Assembly: GCA_963718375.1 (NCBI GenBank)
Contig: CAVQZD010000002.1
Coordinates: 14,000-77,999 of the forward strand
Reading direction: 5' to 3'
DNA from: an uncultured Actinomycetes bacterium
GTDB taxonomy: Bacteria > Actinomycetota > Thermoleophilia > RBG-16-64-13
Length of the DNA stretch: 64,000 bases
The notes below the pieces were generated by a model that had not been told where the DNA came from, searched no databases, and saw only the letters and a list, made by a program, of their open reading frames with translations. A program made the position numbers and the translations under genes. Shown in pieces: positions 9,322 through 19,565 of this stretch (position 1 is its first letter; the number at the start of each line of letters is the position of its first letter).

Positions 9322-9929
9322 GTCAGGGGCTGGGAGAGGTCAGCGAGGTCAGCGCCGTCGTCCCGCGTTGCGCCTGGGCCGGCACCGACCCCCTCTACGT
9401 GGCCTACCACGACCAGGAGTGGGGCGTCCCGGTGCACGACGACCGCCTGCTCTTCGAATTCCTGGTGCTGGAGGGTGCGCAGGCGGGTCTGAGCTGGTCG
9501 ACGATCCTCAAGAAGCGCCAGGGCTACCGCGAGGCCTTCGCCGGCTTCGACCCCGAGAAGGTGGCGGACTTCACTCCGGCGGATGTGGACGGGCTGCTCG
9601 CCGACCCCGGCATAGTGCGCAACCGCCTCAAGGTGGAGTCGGCGGTAACCAATGCACGAGCGTTCTTGAGGATTCAAGAAGAATCCGGTAGTTTCGACGC
9701 GTACGTTTGGGGATTCGTGGATGGTGAGACCATTCAGAACAGATGGAGCAGCCTCGCGGAGATTCCGGCGAAGACGACCGAGGCCGAGCGCCTGAGCGCC
9801 GACCTGAAACGCCGGGGCTTCCGGTTCGTGGGTCCCACCATCGTGTACGCTCACATGCAGGCGACGGGCATGGTGAACGATCATACTGTCGACTGCTTCC
9901 GGTGGGCCGAGCTGCAGGGCCAGCGGTGA
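9318..9929 (+). CDS. tag: DNA-3-methyladenine glycosylase I
   Basis: PRCAWAGTDPLYVAYHDQEWGVPVHDDRLLFEFLVLEGAQAGLSWSTILKKR..GPTIVYAHMQATGMVNDH is the canonical Tag sequence. The GTG 9318 start is coupled to the upstream stop. Confidence 0.9.
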   Translation: MSQGLGEVSEVSAVVPRCAWAGTDPLYVAYHDQEWGVPVHDDRLLFEFLVLEGAQAGLSWSTILKKRQGYREAFAGFDPEKVADFTPADVDGLLADPGIVRNRLKVESAVTNARAFLRIQEESGSFDAYVWGFVDGETIQNRWSSLAEIPAKTTEAERLSADLKRRGFRFVGPTIVYAHMQATGMVNDHTVDCFRWAELQGQR

Positions 9930-9993
9930 GGCGCGACTGACTCCATTTCCGGCCTGGGAGGGCGGGCGTTTGGCAGCTGAGACGCAGATCATC

Positions 9994-11166
9994 ATGTCCA
10001 TAAACAGTGGTTCTTCTTCACTGAAGTTCCACCTGTATGAGATCGGCCCCAGTGGGAAGGGTGGTCCCGAGCGAGTGCTTGCCCGTGGCGCGGTCGAAGG
10101 CATCGGGCTGAACAAGGGCCGCCTCTGGTTCCAGGATGGTGAAGGGAAATCACTGACTGACGTCCTCCTGGACGAGATAGAGCACGAAGCCGCGATCGAG
10201 GAAGTCCTGGTCGTGCTGTCCAACAACAGCTTGCCCGAGGCCGGTGCCATCGGCCACAGAGTGGTGCACGGCGGTCCGGGCCAGAGCACTCCGCGACTGA
10301 TCACCCCCACTGTGATGGACGATCTGCACGAGCACGTGGCCTGGGCTCCGCTGCACATGCCGGCCACCTTGAGGGTGATCGAGGCCATGGACATGCAGCG
10401 TCCCGGTCTGCCCCAGGTGGCCTGTTTCGACACCGGATTCCATGCGCACCTGCCGGAGGTCGCCCGCAGGCTGCCGCTGCCGGCGAAGTTCTATGACCAG
10501 GGCATCTGCCGTTACGGATTCCACGGGCTCTCGTACGAGTACGTTATGCAGGCGCTCGGCAAGGAGGCAGCCGGTCGCGTGATCGTCGCGCACTTGGGCA
10601 ATGGCTGCAGTATGGCCGCCTGCCTTGACGGCAAGTCGGTGGACACCACCATGGGGATGACCCCGATGGGTGGGTTCATGATGAGCACCCGCAGTGGCGA
10701 CCTCGATCCGGGCGTGCTTCTGTACCTGATGAGGGAATGGGGTTATGACGTAGACACCCTCGAACGCCTGCTGGATAGAGAGAGCGGACTGAGAGGGGTC
10801 TCGGACAAGACCCCCGACATGGAGCGGCTGCTCGAACTCAGGGCGGGAGGCCACGACGGCGCGGCTGCCGCCGTGGAGATGTTCTGCTACCAGGCGCGCA
10901 AGACCATAGGGTCGCTGGCTGCGGCGCTGGGAGGGCTGGACAAGTTGGTGTTCACGGCAGGCATCGGTGAGAACGCTCCCATCATCCGCGCCCTCATCTG
11001 CCGTGGCCTGGAGCATCTCGGGGTCGAACTCAATCCCGGCAAGAACAAGGAGAACGCCTGGGTCATCAGCAGCGAAGGCAGCCGTTGCCAGGTGCTGGTG
11101 GTCCCCACTAACGAGGATCTGATCATCGCGCGACACACCCGCAGGCTGGTGTTCGGCGGCGTTTGA
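9994..11166 (+). CDS. ackA: Acetate kinase
   Basis: [55 protein letters not shown]. Confidence 0.92.
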   Translation: MSINSGSSSLKFHLYEIGPSGKGGPERVLARGAVEGIGLNKGRLWFQDGEGKSLTDVLLDEIEHEAAIEEVLVVLSNNSLPEAGAIGHRVVHGGPGQSTPRLITPTVMDDLHEHVAWAPLHMPATLRVIEAMDMQRPGLPQVACFDTGFHAHLPEVARRLPLPAKFYDQGICRYGFHGLSYEYVMQALGKEAAGRVIVAHLGNGCSMAACLDGKSVDTTMGMTPMGGFMMSTRSGDLDPGVLLYLMREWGYDVDTLERLLDRESGLRGVSDKTPDMERLLELRAGGHDGAAAAVEMFCYQARKTIGSLAAALGGLDKLVFTAGIGENAPIIRALICRGLEHLGVELNPGKNKENAWVISSEGSRCQVLVVPTNEDLIIARHTRRLVFGGV

Positions 11167-11195
11167 TCGGCCGCCTCGGAGGAAGGAGAGCTGCA

Positions 11196-13613
11196 ATGAT
11201 CACCGCATCGCTCCGTGACGCCGTCCCGGCGCGGGGAATGCCGCGCGGACCATTGAAGCCGCTAGACCCGCTCACCCTGGAGCGGATGATCGCCTACTGG
11301 CGGGCGGCCAACTATCTCTCTGTGGGGCAGATCTACCTGAAGGACAACGCTCTCCTGCGCCGCCCGCTGACCCGTGAGGACGTCAAGGCGCGACTCTTGG
11401 GGCATTGGGGCACGTGCCCGGGCCTGAACCTCTTGTATGTCCACCTCAACCGCGCCATCAAGGCCCGCGACCTCGACGTGGTGTATGTCTGCGGGCCTGG
11501 GCATGGCGGGCCGGCCATGGTGGCGAACGTCTACCTGGAGGGCACCTACAGCGAAGTCTACCCGGAGGTCTCCTGGGACGAGAAGGGGATGCACCGGCTC
11601 TTCAAGCAGTTCTCTTTCCCCGGGGGCATACCCAGTCATGTGGCTGCGGAGACCCCGGGTTCCATCCATGAGGGCGGTGAGCTCGGGTACTCTCTGTCGC
11701 ACGCCTACGGGGCCGCCTTTGACAATCCGGACCTGCTGGTGGCCTGCGTCATAGGCGACGGCGAGGCAGAGACCGGACCCCTGGCGGCGGCTTGGCACTC
11801 CAACAAGTTCTTGAACCCGGCCGTCGATGGAGCCGTTCTCCCCATACTGCATCTGAACGGCTACAAGATAGCCAACCCGACCGTGCTCGCGCGGGTCAGC
11901 CGGCAGGAGCTCGGCGACTTCTTGCGCGGCTGTGGATACACACCTTTCTTCGTAGAAGGTGACGACCCCCAGCAGGTGCACCAGCTGATGGCGGCGACTC
12001 TCGATCATGCGTTGGACGAGATCCGCCGGTTCCAGAAGCGGGCTCGCGAGGAGGGGATAGTGGAGCGTCCGGCGTGGCCGGCGATAGTGCTCGTGACTCC
12101 CAAGGGGTGGACAGGCCCTAAGACCGTGGACGGACTCAAGGCCGAAGGGTCGTTCCGCTCCCATCAAGTGCCGTTCGCCGACATGACCCCAGAGCACATC
12201 CAGCTCTTGGAGAGTTGGATGAGGAGCTACAAGCCCGAGGAGTTGTTCGACGACTCGGGAGCCCTGCGCGAAGAGCTGGCGGAGTTGGCCCCGGAGGGCG
12301 AGAAGCGCATGGGTGCCAATCCATACGCCAATGGTGGACTACTGCTGCATGACTTGGATCTACCTGACTTTCGTGACTTCGCGGTGAGCGTGGCCTCGCC
12401 GGGGGGCACTGACGGCGAGAGCACCAAGGTCATGGGCACCTACCTGGCGGAGGTCATGCGGCGCAGCCTGGAGAGCAAGGACTTTCGATTGTTCGGCCCC
12501 GACGAGACTCGCTCCAACCGTTTGGGTGCCGTCCTCGACGTGACCCCCCGGACCTGGAACGCGGAGACCTACCCCGACGACGACCAACTGGCCCCCGACG
12601 GGCGGGTGATGGAGATCCTGAGCGAACACACCATCCAAGGCTGGGTGGAGGGCTACTTGCTGACTGGGCGCCACGCGTTCTTCTCGTCCTATGAGGCCTT
12701 CATCCACATCGTGTCCTCTATGTTCAACCAGTACTCCAAGTGGCTGGACGTCAGCGAGGAGATCCCCTGGCGCAAGCCCATCGCTTCGCTCAACTACCTG
12801 CTGACCTCGCACGTCTGGCGCCAGGACCACAATGGGTTCTCTCACCAGGACCCGGGTTTCATCGATCACGTGCTCACCAAGAAGGCCGCCGTCACGCGCG
12901 TCTATCTGCCGCCCGACGCCAACACCCTGCTCGCTGTCACTGACAAGTGTCTGCGCAGCCGCAGCCTTGTGAACGTCATCGTGGCGGGAAAGCAGCCGGA
13001 GCCACAATGGCTGGACATCGATTCGGCCATCGCGCACTGCAAAGCCGGCATCGGTATCTGGGAGTGGGCCGGCAACTGTGGGACGAGCGAGCCGGACGTG
13101 GTCCTGGGTTGTGCCGGCGACGTGCCGACCATGGAGGTGCTCGCGGCGGCGGACTTCATGCGCAAGCATCTGCCCGATCTGAAGGTCCGCGTGGTGAATG
13201 TGGTGGACCTCATGACCTTGCAGCCGAGAGAGGAGCATCCCCACGGGCTCACCCGCGAGGAGTTCGACCGGCTGTTCACGACGGACAAGCCCATCATCTT
13301 CGGATACCACGGCTACCCTTGGCTCATCCACAGGCTGACCTACCGCCACACCGATCACGACAATCTGCATGTGCGCGGCTACAAAGAGGAGGGCACCACC
13401 ACCACGCCGTTCGACATGGTGGTGATGAACGAGCTGGATCGCTTCAGCCTAGTGCGTGATGTGATCGACCGGGTGCCGGGTCTCGCCGACAAGGCGCGGG
13501 ACGTGCGGCGCATGATCCAAGAGATCCACGAGGAGCACGCTCGGTACATCCACGAGCATGGCGAAGACATGCCCGCGGTCAGAGACTGGACCTGGGGCTC
13601 TTACAGTAAGTAG
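11196..13613 (+). CDS. xfp: Xylulose-5-phosphate/fructose-6-phosphate phosphoketolase
   Basis: About 805 aa with [32 protein letters not shown] and [11 protein letters not shown] motifs. ATG 11196 follows GGAGGAAGGAG. Confidence 0.92.
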   Translation: MITASLRDAVPARGMPRGPLKPLDPLTLERMIAYWRAANYLSVGQIYLKDNALLRRPLTREDVKARLLGHWGTCPGLNLLYVHLNRAIKARDLDVVYVCGPGHGGPAMVANVYLEGTYSEVYPEVSWDEKGMHRLFKQFSFPGGIPSHVAAETPGSIHEGGELGYSLSHAYGAAFDNPDLLVACVIGDGEAETGPLAAAWHSNKFLNPAVDGAVLPILHLNGYKIANPTVLARVSRQELGDFLRGCGYTPFFVEGDDPQQVHQLMAATLDHALDEIRRFQKRAREEGIVERPAWPAIVLVTPKGWTGPKTVDGLKAEGSFRSHQVPFADMTPEHIQLLESWMRSYKPEELFDDSGALREELAELAPEGEKRMGANPYANGGLLLHDLDLPDFRDFAVSVASPGGTDGESTKVMGTYLAEVMRRSLESKDFRLFGPDETRSNRLGAVLDVTPRTWNAETYPDDDQLAPDGRVMEILSEHTIQGWVEGYLLTGRHAFFSSYEAFIHIVSSMFNQYSKWLDVSEEIPWRKPIASLNYLLTSHVWRQDHNGFSHQDPGFIDHVLTKKAAVTRVYLPPDANTLLAVTDKCLRSRSLVNVIVAGKQPEPQWLDIDSAIAHCKAGIGIWEWAGNCGTSEPDVVLGCAGDVPTMEVLAAADFMRKHLPDLKVRVVNVVDLMTLQPREEHPHGLTREEFDRLFTTDKPIIFGYHGYPWLIHRLTYRHTDHDNLHVRGYKEEGTTTTPFDMVVMNELDRFSLVRDVIDRVPGLADKARDVRRMIQEIHEEHARYIHEHGEDMPAVRDWTWGSYSK

Positions 13614-13685
13614 CGGCCCCGAGCAGCGGCGTGTGCGGCCCGCGTTCACCTTGGCGCGCCAGCGGGCTGTGGTAGCCTCGACGCC

Positions 13686-14516
13686 ATGACGCACATCATC
13701 CTATTGGTGACCGTGGGCTTCATCGGGGGGGCCTTCGGGTCGATGATCGGGTTGGGCGGTGGGGTCTTCATCGTCCCGGTCTTGGTCCTCTTTCTCGACG
13801 TGCCCATGCATCAGGCCGTAGCGGCCAGTCTGATGGCGGTGGTAGCCACGTCGACCACGGCGTCGATCGCCTATCTGCGCGATGACCTCACCAACCAGCG
13901 CCTGGGCATGACCCTGCAGACCACGACCGTGCTGGGAGCTCTGGTCGGGGGGTTCGTGGGTGCCATGCTGAGCAAAGAAGTGCTATCGGCTCTGTTCGGA
14001 GCGATCACGGTGGCTGTCTCTGTCTATATGCTGCTGCGCGCTCGCACGATCGATGCCGGGGCCGCACCGGTGCAAGACCCCGGACCTTTGGGAGCGAGCT
14101 ACTACGACCGCAACTTGGGCACGACCATCACCTATCGTCCTCGGCGATTGTATGCGGGTCTGGGGGCGGGCCTGGTAGGGGGAGTGGTCTCGGGCATGCT
14201 GGGAGTGGGGGGCGGATTCTTGTCGGTGCCCGTGATGGTGCTGGCCATGACGGTGCCCATGCGGGCCGCGGCAGCGACGAGCACCTTCATGATCGGAGTC
14301 ACCGCCTGTGCCGGGGCGATCGTATATCTGGCCCGGGGGCTGGTAGATCCTGTCACCACCGTCCCGGTGGTGCTGGGCGTGATGGTCGGGGCCTTTCTCG
14401 GCTCCCAGTTGGCTCATCGAGTGAGGAGTTCGGTGCTCACGGTGATGTTGACCGTAGTGCTCTTCGCGTTGGCCGTGCAGATGATCCTTGCCGCAGTGGG
14501 CATCAGCGTGCGATGA
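13686..14516 (+). CDS. TauE/SafE-family anion (sulfite/organosulfonate) exporter
   Basis: 276 aa, with two 4-TM halves and repeated GxGGG motifs (GLGGGVFIVP, GVGGGFLSVP). Confidence 0.8.
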   Translation: MTHIILLVTVGFIGGAFGSMIGLGGGVFIVPVLVLFLDVPMHQAVAASLMAVVATSTTASIAYLRDDLTNQRLGMTLQTTTVLGALVGGFVGAMLSKEVLSALFGAITVAVSVYMLLRARTIDAGAAPVQDPGPLGASYYDRNLGTTITYRPRRLYAGLGAGLVGGVVSGMLGVGGGFLSVPVMVLAMTVPMRAAAATSTFMIGVTACAGAIVYLARGLVDPVTTVPVVLGVMVGAFLGSQLAHRVRSSVLTVMLTVVLFALAVQMILAAVGISVR

Positions 14517-14929
14517 AGCCTGCGGCCAACATCCAGCCCGGTGGCACCCAAGACGCGGGTGGTACCCAAGACGCGGGTCGGGAGGGCGACCCGATCAAAC
14601 GTTTGGATCACACAGTCGGGGTCGTGCTGGCCGTAGGCTTGGCCATCTCGATCCTGCTGCTTCTGACGGGGGCCATCCTCGCTTTGGCCGGGCCGGGCCC
14701 CTCACCTTCAGATGAGCTATCCCTAGAGGACCTGCCCGCAGCGCTGGCTGCCCTGGAGCCTGGTGGATTCCTGGCGCTCGGTCTGCTCGTGCTGTTGGCC
14801 ACACCTATCGCCCGGGTGGCGGCGCTGGCGGCAGGTTTCGCTCGGATAAGATCCTGGGTCTTCTTTGGGATGAGCGTATTCGTGCTCGCGCTCATGGCGC
14901 TCAGCGCGTATCTGGGGCTTAGGGGCTGA
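14513..14929 (+). CDS. DUF1634-like small membrane protein (usual partner of TauE/SafE)
   Basis: 138 aa, 3-4 TM, start overlaps the TauE stop. The N-terminus contains an 18-bp tandem duplication (GGTQDA x2). Confidence 0.6.
   Translation: MKPAANIQPGGTQDAGGTQDAGREGDPIKRLDHTVGVVLAVGLAISILLLLTGAILALAGPGPSPSDELSLEDLPAALAALEPGGFLALGLLVLLATPIARVAALAAGFARIRSWVFFGMSVFVLALMALSAYLGLRG
14540..14575 (+). repeat. Tandem 18-bp duplication (ggtggYacccaagacgcg x2)
   Basis: Read directly from the sequence. One mismatch between the copies; in-frame. Confidence 0.8.
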
Positions 14930-16553
14930 GCTGGTCTGCTACCAGCTTGCGCTTGGGCACGTTGATCCTGCCCCCTTGGACTCCGCGGCCGAGCAGATGC
15001 TGCTCCAAGGCTTCGGCGACCCCGTCCCGCAGGTTGGAGGAAGTGATGACATCAGCGGCGGCCTTGGCCGTGGGGGTGGCGTTGCCCATGGCCACCCCGA
15101 CCCCGGACCATTGAAGGAGGGGCGCGTCGCTGTCGTCATCGCCTAGGGCCATCGTCTGTTCCGCCGGCACCTGCATGCGCCTGGCAAGCTGTTGGGCCAT
15201 GCTGGCCTTTGAAGCGTCCAGCGAAGAGATGTTCAGTAGCCCCGGGATCGACTCGTAGATGGTGGCCCGCCTGCCAAAGGCGCGCTTGACGGCCGCCGTG
15301 GCGAAGGCGGCCTTCTCGTCGCCCGCTTCGCGCAGATCCAAGAACACCCTGTCTATGGGTTCGCCCGCCCGCAACACCTCGTCGACCGTGCCGATGCCAT
15401 GCGGATCGGAGATCTCATAGTCGGCTTCTGCGCCGCGCTCGAGGTTGCTCAGCCGGTCGGTGAACCACTCGTCGTCACTCTCCAGGTTGGCGATGGCCCC
15501 AAGACTGCGGCCCAGAGTGATGACCTCGGTCGCGAGCCCCGGCTCCACCGAGACGTGGGTCAGTCCGGCACGGGCCTGCTCGTTCCAAAGGAGAGCGCCA
15601 CCGCACGCGATGATCGGGGTGTGCAGCTGGAGTTGTTGATGGAAGAGGCGTATGTCGCGAGGGGGGCGGGACGACACCAGCACTATCTCGACTCCGCCCT
15701 CGCGGGCGTCGCTGATGGTGCGCTTGGTCCGTTCTGAGATATGGCGAGGTCCCGAGAGCAGAGTGCCGTCGACGTTCAAGAACACCAGACGTATGACCCG
15801 GCCTGCTCCGACCAGTTGGGCAAGCCCCCGAACCACATAGTCCAAGTGCTTGCGCATGGCCTGCCGCGCCTTGACTTCGTCCCCGGACCTGATGGCCTGC
15901 CGGATGGCGTCGTGCTGCTGATGCAGGGCGACCGCACCGCCTGGCTCTTCGTAGTAGGCTTCGAGTATCGCGGCCATGTGGTCATGCAGTAGGTCCACCG
16001 GTCCCTGGATCACGCGCTCGAACAAGGGATTGTGGGTCGCGTCGGCGATAGCGGCGTGGAAGGCGATGTCCTCCTCAGGTGTGAGAATGCCTTCGGAATC
16101 CGCCACCAGCGTGGACAGACGGTGTATGTCCTGCAGGGTAGCCCGGCGGGCGGCCAGGCCCGCCGCCTCGATCTCGACCGCGCTCCTGACCTCCATGAGC
16201 TCGACTATGCGCTCCGCCCCCTGGCCCAGCAGAGGCGCCATGGGTTCGGAGAAGCTGGGGTTGGGCCGGTTTGTGACCGTCGTACCTTGGGCGCCCCGCC
16301 CCGACGCCAACAGGCCATGGGCCTTGAGTTCTCGCAAAGCTTCGCGGATAGCCGGGCGTCCCACTCCAAGCTTCAGAGCCAGGTCGCGCTCCGAGGGGAT
16401 GCGATCTCCGGGCTTGTACTCGCCTGACGCGATGAGAGAGCGGATCTGCTCCGCCACTTGGTCGGAGACAGTATGAGGTGTGACCGGGCGGAGCAGGCTA
16501 TCTGCCGACCTGACCGGCTCGTTTTGCTCGGGATGGTCCGTGGTCTCGCTCAT
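14919..16553 (-). CDS. Fusion regulator: GntR-family wHTH plus FadR-type FCD domain plus C-terminal Cof-type HAD domain
   Basis: ORF 14919..16688. Start ATG 16553 (MSETTDH) is chosen. The wHTH is GDRIPSERDLALKLGVGRPAIREALRELKAHGLL. A helical FCD region follows. The HAD motifs are FLNVDGTLL (motif I with Asn in place of the first Asp), VLVSSRPP and GDDDSD..GVAMGNA. Confidence 0.8.
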   Translation of the reverse strand: MSETTDHPEQNEPVRSADSLLRPVTPHTVSDQVAEQIRSLIASGEYKPGDRIPSERDLALKLGVGRPAIREALRELKAHGLLASGRGAQGTTVTNRPNPSFSEPMAPLLGQGAERIVELMEVRSAVEIEAAGLAARRATLQDIHRLSTLVADSEGILTPEEDIAFHAAIADATHNPLFERVIQGPVDLLHDHMAAILEAYYEEPGGAVALHQQHDAIRQAIRSGDEVKARQAMRKHLDYVVRGLAQLVGAGRVIRLVFLNVDGTLLSGPRHISERTKRTISDAREGGVEIVLVSSRPPRDIRLFHQQLQLHTPIIACGGALLWNEQARAGLTHVSVEPGLATEVITLGRSLGAIANLESDDEWFTDRLSNLERGAEADYEISDPHGIGTVDEVLRAGEPIDRVFLDLREAGDEKAAFATAAVKRAFGRRATIYESIPGLLNISSLDASKASMAQQLARRMQVPAEQTMALGDDDSDAPLLQWSGVGVAMGNATPTAKAAADVITSSNLRDGVAEALEQHLLGRGVQGGRINVPKRKLVADQLSP

Positions 16554-16560
16554 AGGTAGG

Positions 16561-16573
16561 ATGGTAACACCAT
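16561..16573. promoter_or_regulatory. Palindrome ATGGT-AAC-ACCAT matching the GntR/FadR operator pattern TNGT-N3-ACNA
   Basis: Perfect 5+3+5 palindrome 8 nt upstream of the regulator start and about 160 nt upstream of nuoA. Confidence 0.55.
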
Positions 16574-16730
16574 TAATTCGCCTGGTCCACATGCGTCTGG
16601 TCATCGGGAGACTGTCGGTGGGGCGATTCCTTTGCGCTCGAACGAGGTATTTGTTATCGTCAAATCCGTTCTTTAGCGGCTGGGGCATGGGCTAGATGGC
16701 AGCGCATTATCCCCGCTGCGAGGTGTTCGC

Positions 16731-17099
16731 TTGGTTGATCCGACTGCCGATCTCTTCATCCAATTCGGCATCATGCTCGCCATCGGCGTCGTGATGGCGC
16801 TAGCTTTCATCTCTATCTCCCACCTGCTATCGCCAAAGAGCACCAATCCCAACAAGGGGCTACCTTACGAGTGTGGCGTGGTCCCCAAGGCTGATGCTCG
16901 GGCGCCTTTCAACGTCCACTACTATCTGGTGGCAGTCCTGTTCGTACTGTTCGATCTCGAGGCCGTGTTCATGTACCCCTGGGCGGTCTCATTGCGCTTG
17001 CTGGGCACCGGTGCCTTGATCGAGATGTTCGTGTTCGTGGGGGTCCTCCTGGTCGGGTTCGTCTACGCCTGGAAGAAAGGCGTGTTCGAATGGGAATGA
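16731..17099 (+). CDS. nuoA: NADH-quinone oxidoreductase subunit A
   Basis: 122 aa, 3 TM, PYECG motif and [12 protein letters not shown]. Confidence 0.9.
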   Translation: MVDPTADLFIQFGIMLAIGVVMALAFISISHLLSPKSTNPNKGLPYECGVVPKADARAPFNVHYYLVAVLFVLFDLEAVFMYPWAVSLRLLGTGALIEMFVFVGVLLVGFVYAWKKGVFEWE

Positions 17100-17815
17100 T
17101 CGAGCGACCCTCTCTGATCCTTCCGTCACATGTCGCCGACGCGTCAGGACCCGGCGGGGAAGACGATGAGACCATGGGAGGAGCCGTCAGGCTTCCGGGT
17201 GGTTTCGCAATGCCCGTACAGATCGAGCGGGTCCTCGGTTTCGGACGGAGCTTCTCATTCTGGCCCTTGCTCTTTGGCCTGGCTTGTTGTGCCATTGAGA
17301 TGATGGCGCTGGGGGGTTCGAGGTTCGACATGTCGCGGTTCGGCATGGAGGCAATGCGGGCCTCACCCCGTCAGTCGGATGGCATGATCGTAGCCGGCTG
17401 GTGTACCACTAAGATGGCACCTCGGGTGGTCAGGCTCTACGAGCAGATACCCGATCCGAAGTGGGTGGTGGCCATGGGTTCGTGCGCCATCTCGGGCAAC
17501 ATCTGGGACACCTATGGGGTGGTGCAGGGCATCGACAGTCTGATCCCGGTGGACGTGTACGTGGCGGGTTGCCCACCGCGGCCGGAGGCGCTGTGGCAGG
17601 GGTTGGAGATGATCCGGGATCGCATCAAAGAGAGCAAGCATGCCTACGATGGCTTGCGCCGCATTCCGGCGCGGGACATCGAGTCGGCGGGCGCGGCGCC
17701 GAGCGAACCGGCTGGCGCGCCGGCGACCGCAGCGGCTGAGGCGACAGGGGAGGCGTCCGCGACCCGGCTGATGGCTGAGCCGATGAGCGCGTGGTCGGGG
17801 GAGGCCGAGTCATGA
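17090..17815 (+). CDS. nuoB: NADH-quinone oxidoreductase subunit B (N- and C-terminal extensions; the true start may be 17096 or an internal Met)
   Basis: [39 protein letters not shown]. There is an Ala/Pro-rich tail of about 60 aa. Confidence 0.88.
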   Translation: MGMIERPSLILPSHVADASGPGGEDDETMGGAVRLPGGFAMPVQIERVLGFGRSFSFWPLLFGLACCAIEMMALGGSRFDMSRFGMEAMRASPRQSDGMIVAGWCTTKMAPRVVRLYEQIPDPKWVVAMGSCAISGNIWDTYGVVQGIDSLIPVDVYVAGCPPRPEALWQGLEMIRDRIKESKHAYDGLRRIPARDIESAGAAPSEPAGAPATAAAEATGEASATRLMAEPMSAWSGEAES

Positions 17816-18327
17816 GCGGGACGCCCACCGCGTCGCTGACGATCGGCGCCGCGGCGCTCGAGAAGCGCTTTGGCAAGCGGCTGCTCGAGAGGGTCGAGTG
17901 GCAGGACGAACTCACCTACACGGTGTCCGCCGAGGACTGGGTCGAGGTGCTGAGTGCTTGCCGGCACATGCCTGAGCTAGCCTGCGACCGGCTGGACTGT
18001 CTGTTCGGCGACCATCTGCCCGAGCGGACTGAGGCCCCCCTGCAGGTCGTGGCCCAACTGGTCTCGCACACCCACGGTCACCGACTGCGGGTCAAGACCG
18101 CGCTTGCGGAGGGACAGAGGCTGGGCACGGTCACCGTCCACTGGTCGTCCGCTGGGTTCGACGAACGCGAGGCCTGGGAGATGTTCGGCATCGAGTTCTA
18201 CGGTCACCCCTACCTGCGCCGCCTGCTCACCACGGACGACTTCGAGGGATTCCCTCTGCGCAAGGACTTCCCGCTACGAGGGACGGTAGGAGGCCGGGTG
18301 CGCACCGACCTGCGGGGCAAGATCTAG
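17812..18327 (+). CDS. nuoC: NADH-quinone oxidoreductase subunit C
   Basis: ATG 17812 overlaps the nuoB stop. Contains ERE(A)[19 protein letters not shown]. Confidence 0.88.
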   Translation: MSGTPTASLTIGAAALEKRFGKRLLERVEWQDELTYTVSAEDWVEVLSACRHMPELACDRLDCLFGDHLPERTEAPLQVVAQLVSHTHGHRLRVKTALAEGQRLGTVTVHWSSAGFDEREAWEMFGIEFYGHPYLRRLLTTDDFEGFPLRKDFPLRGTVGGRVRTDLRGKI

Positions 18328-19565
18328 TGGACGCGGCACGCCCCTCACTCGAGGAGTTGAAGCAACGCAAGGCCGCCAGCCGCCAGCGGCTGCGGCGGCG
18401 CGGCGACCTGATGACCCTCAGTATGGGTCCGCAGCATCCTTCGACCCACGGGGTCTTCAGGGCTGAGCTTGACCTGGACGGCGAGGTCATCGTGGCGGCG
18501 CGCCCCGAGATCGGCAACCTGCATCGCGGTGTGGAGAAGCTCTGTGAGAGCCTGACGTATCACCAGATAATCCCGGTGACGGACCGCCTGGACTACATCG
18601 CCAGTTTCTCGATGAACCACGCGTTCTGCGAAGCAGCCGAGAAGCTGATGGGAGTCGAAGTACCAGATCGCGGCCGCTACCTGCGCACCATCGCCGGCGA
18701 GCTGTGCCGACTGTCCAACCACATCCTGTGGCTCGGCGTGCACATCATGGACCTGGGTACTCAGACCTTCTTCTGCATCTGCTTTCGCGACCGCGAATAC
18801 GTGCTCGACCTCTTCGAGATGCTCACCGGCGCCAGGCTGACGCATTCGTATGCGCGCATAGGCGGAGTGGCCAAGGACCTGCCCGACGGTTTCGAGCACC
18901 GTTGCCGTAAGGTCATCGAGTTCTTGCCCAAACGGGTGGCCGAGTACGAGCGCATCGTCAAGAACAACCGCATCTACTTCAAGCGGGCCAGGGGGGTGGG
19001 CATCTTCACCTCGGAGGATTGCCAGGCTTGGCGGGTCACTGGACCACCGCTGCGCGCGGCCGGCGTGCCGCGCGACCTCCGCAAAGACGAACCCTACGCT
19101 GCCTACGACGAAGTGGACTTCGAAGTCGCGGTGGAATACAACGCCGATGTGTACGATCGGTTCCTGGTGCGCATGAAGGAGATCCGCGAGTCGTGCAAGA
19201 TCATCGCCCAGTGTCTGGACCAGCTGCCTGCGGGACCGCACGTCGCGGTCGACGTTATCCACTCCCTGCCGGGCAAGCGGCAGGTCATGCGCGATCCGGC
19301 GGCGATGATCCAGGACTTCTACCAGGTCTTCCAGGGGCCGACAGTCCCGAAGGGCGAGGTCTATCGAGCCACCGAGGTGCCCAAGGGCGAGATGGGCGTC
19401 TACATAAGGTCGGAGGGCGGCGCGAAGCCCGCCCGCATACGCTTCAGCACTCCGAGCTTCTATCACAGCCAGGCTGTGCCCGCCCTGGTGGAGGGGGAGA
19501 CGATCTCGGACATGGTGGCCATTTTCGCCAGCGTGGACGTCGTGCTCGGAGATTGTGACCGATGA
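18327..19565 (+). CDS. nuoD: NADH-quinone oxidoreductase subunit D
   Basis: MTLSMGPQHPSTHGVFR..NLHRGVEKL..TDRLDY..PKGE(M)GVY..DVVLGDCDR. Confidence 0.92.
   Translation: MDAARPSLEELKQRKAASRQRLRRRGDLMTLSMGPQHPSTHGVFRAELDLDGEVIVAARPEIGNLHRGVEKLCESLTYHQIIPVTDRLDYIASFSMNHAFCEAAEKLMGVEVPDRGRYLRTIAGELCRLSNHILWLGVHIMDLGTQTFFCICFRDREYVLDLFEMLTGARLTHSYARIGGVAKDLPDGFEHRCRKVIEFLPKRVAEYERIVKNNRIYFKRARGVGIFTSEDCQAWRVTGPPLRAAGVPRDLRKDEPYAAYDEVDFEVAVEYNADVYDRFLVRMKEIRESCKIIAQCLDQLPAGPHVAVDVIHSLPGKRQVMRDPAAMIQDFYQVFQGPTVPKGEVYRATEVPKGEMGVYIRSEGGAKPARIRFSTPSFYHSQAVPALVEGETISDMVAIFASVDVVLGDCDR

Noticed and set aside
9216-13370. Long antisense ORFs (9216..10433, 10150..11196, 11262..12197, 12360..13370) opposite tag, ackA and xfp
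   Set aside because: These are typical shadow ORFs of high-GC DNA. They have Arg/His/Gly/Pro-rich composition and no recognisable domains, and they fully overlap strongly supported genes on the other strand.
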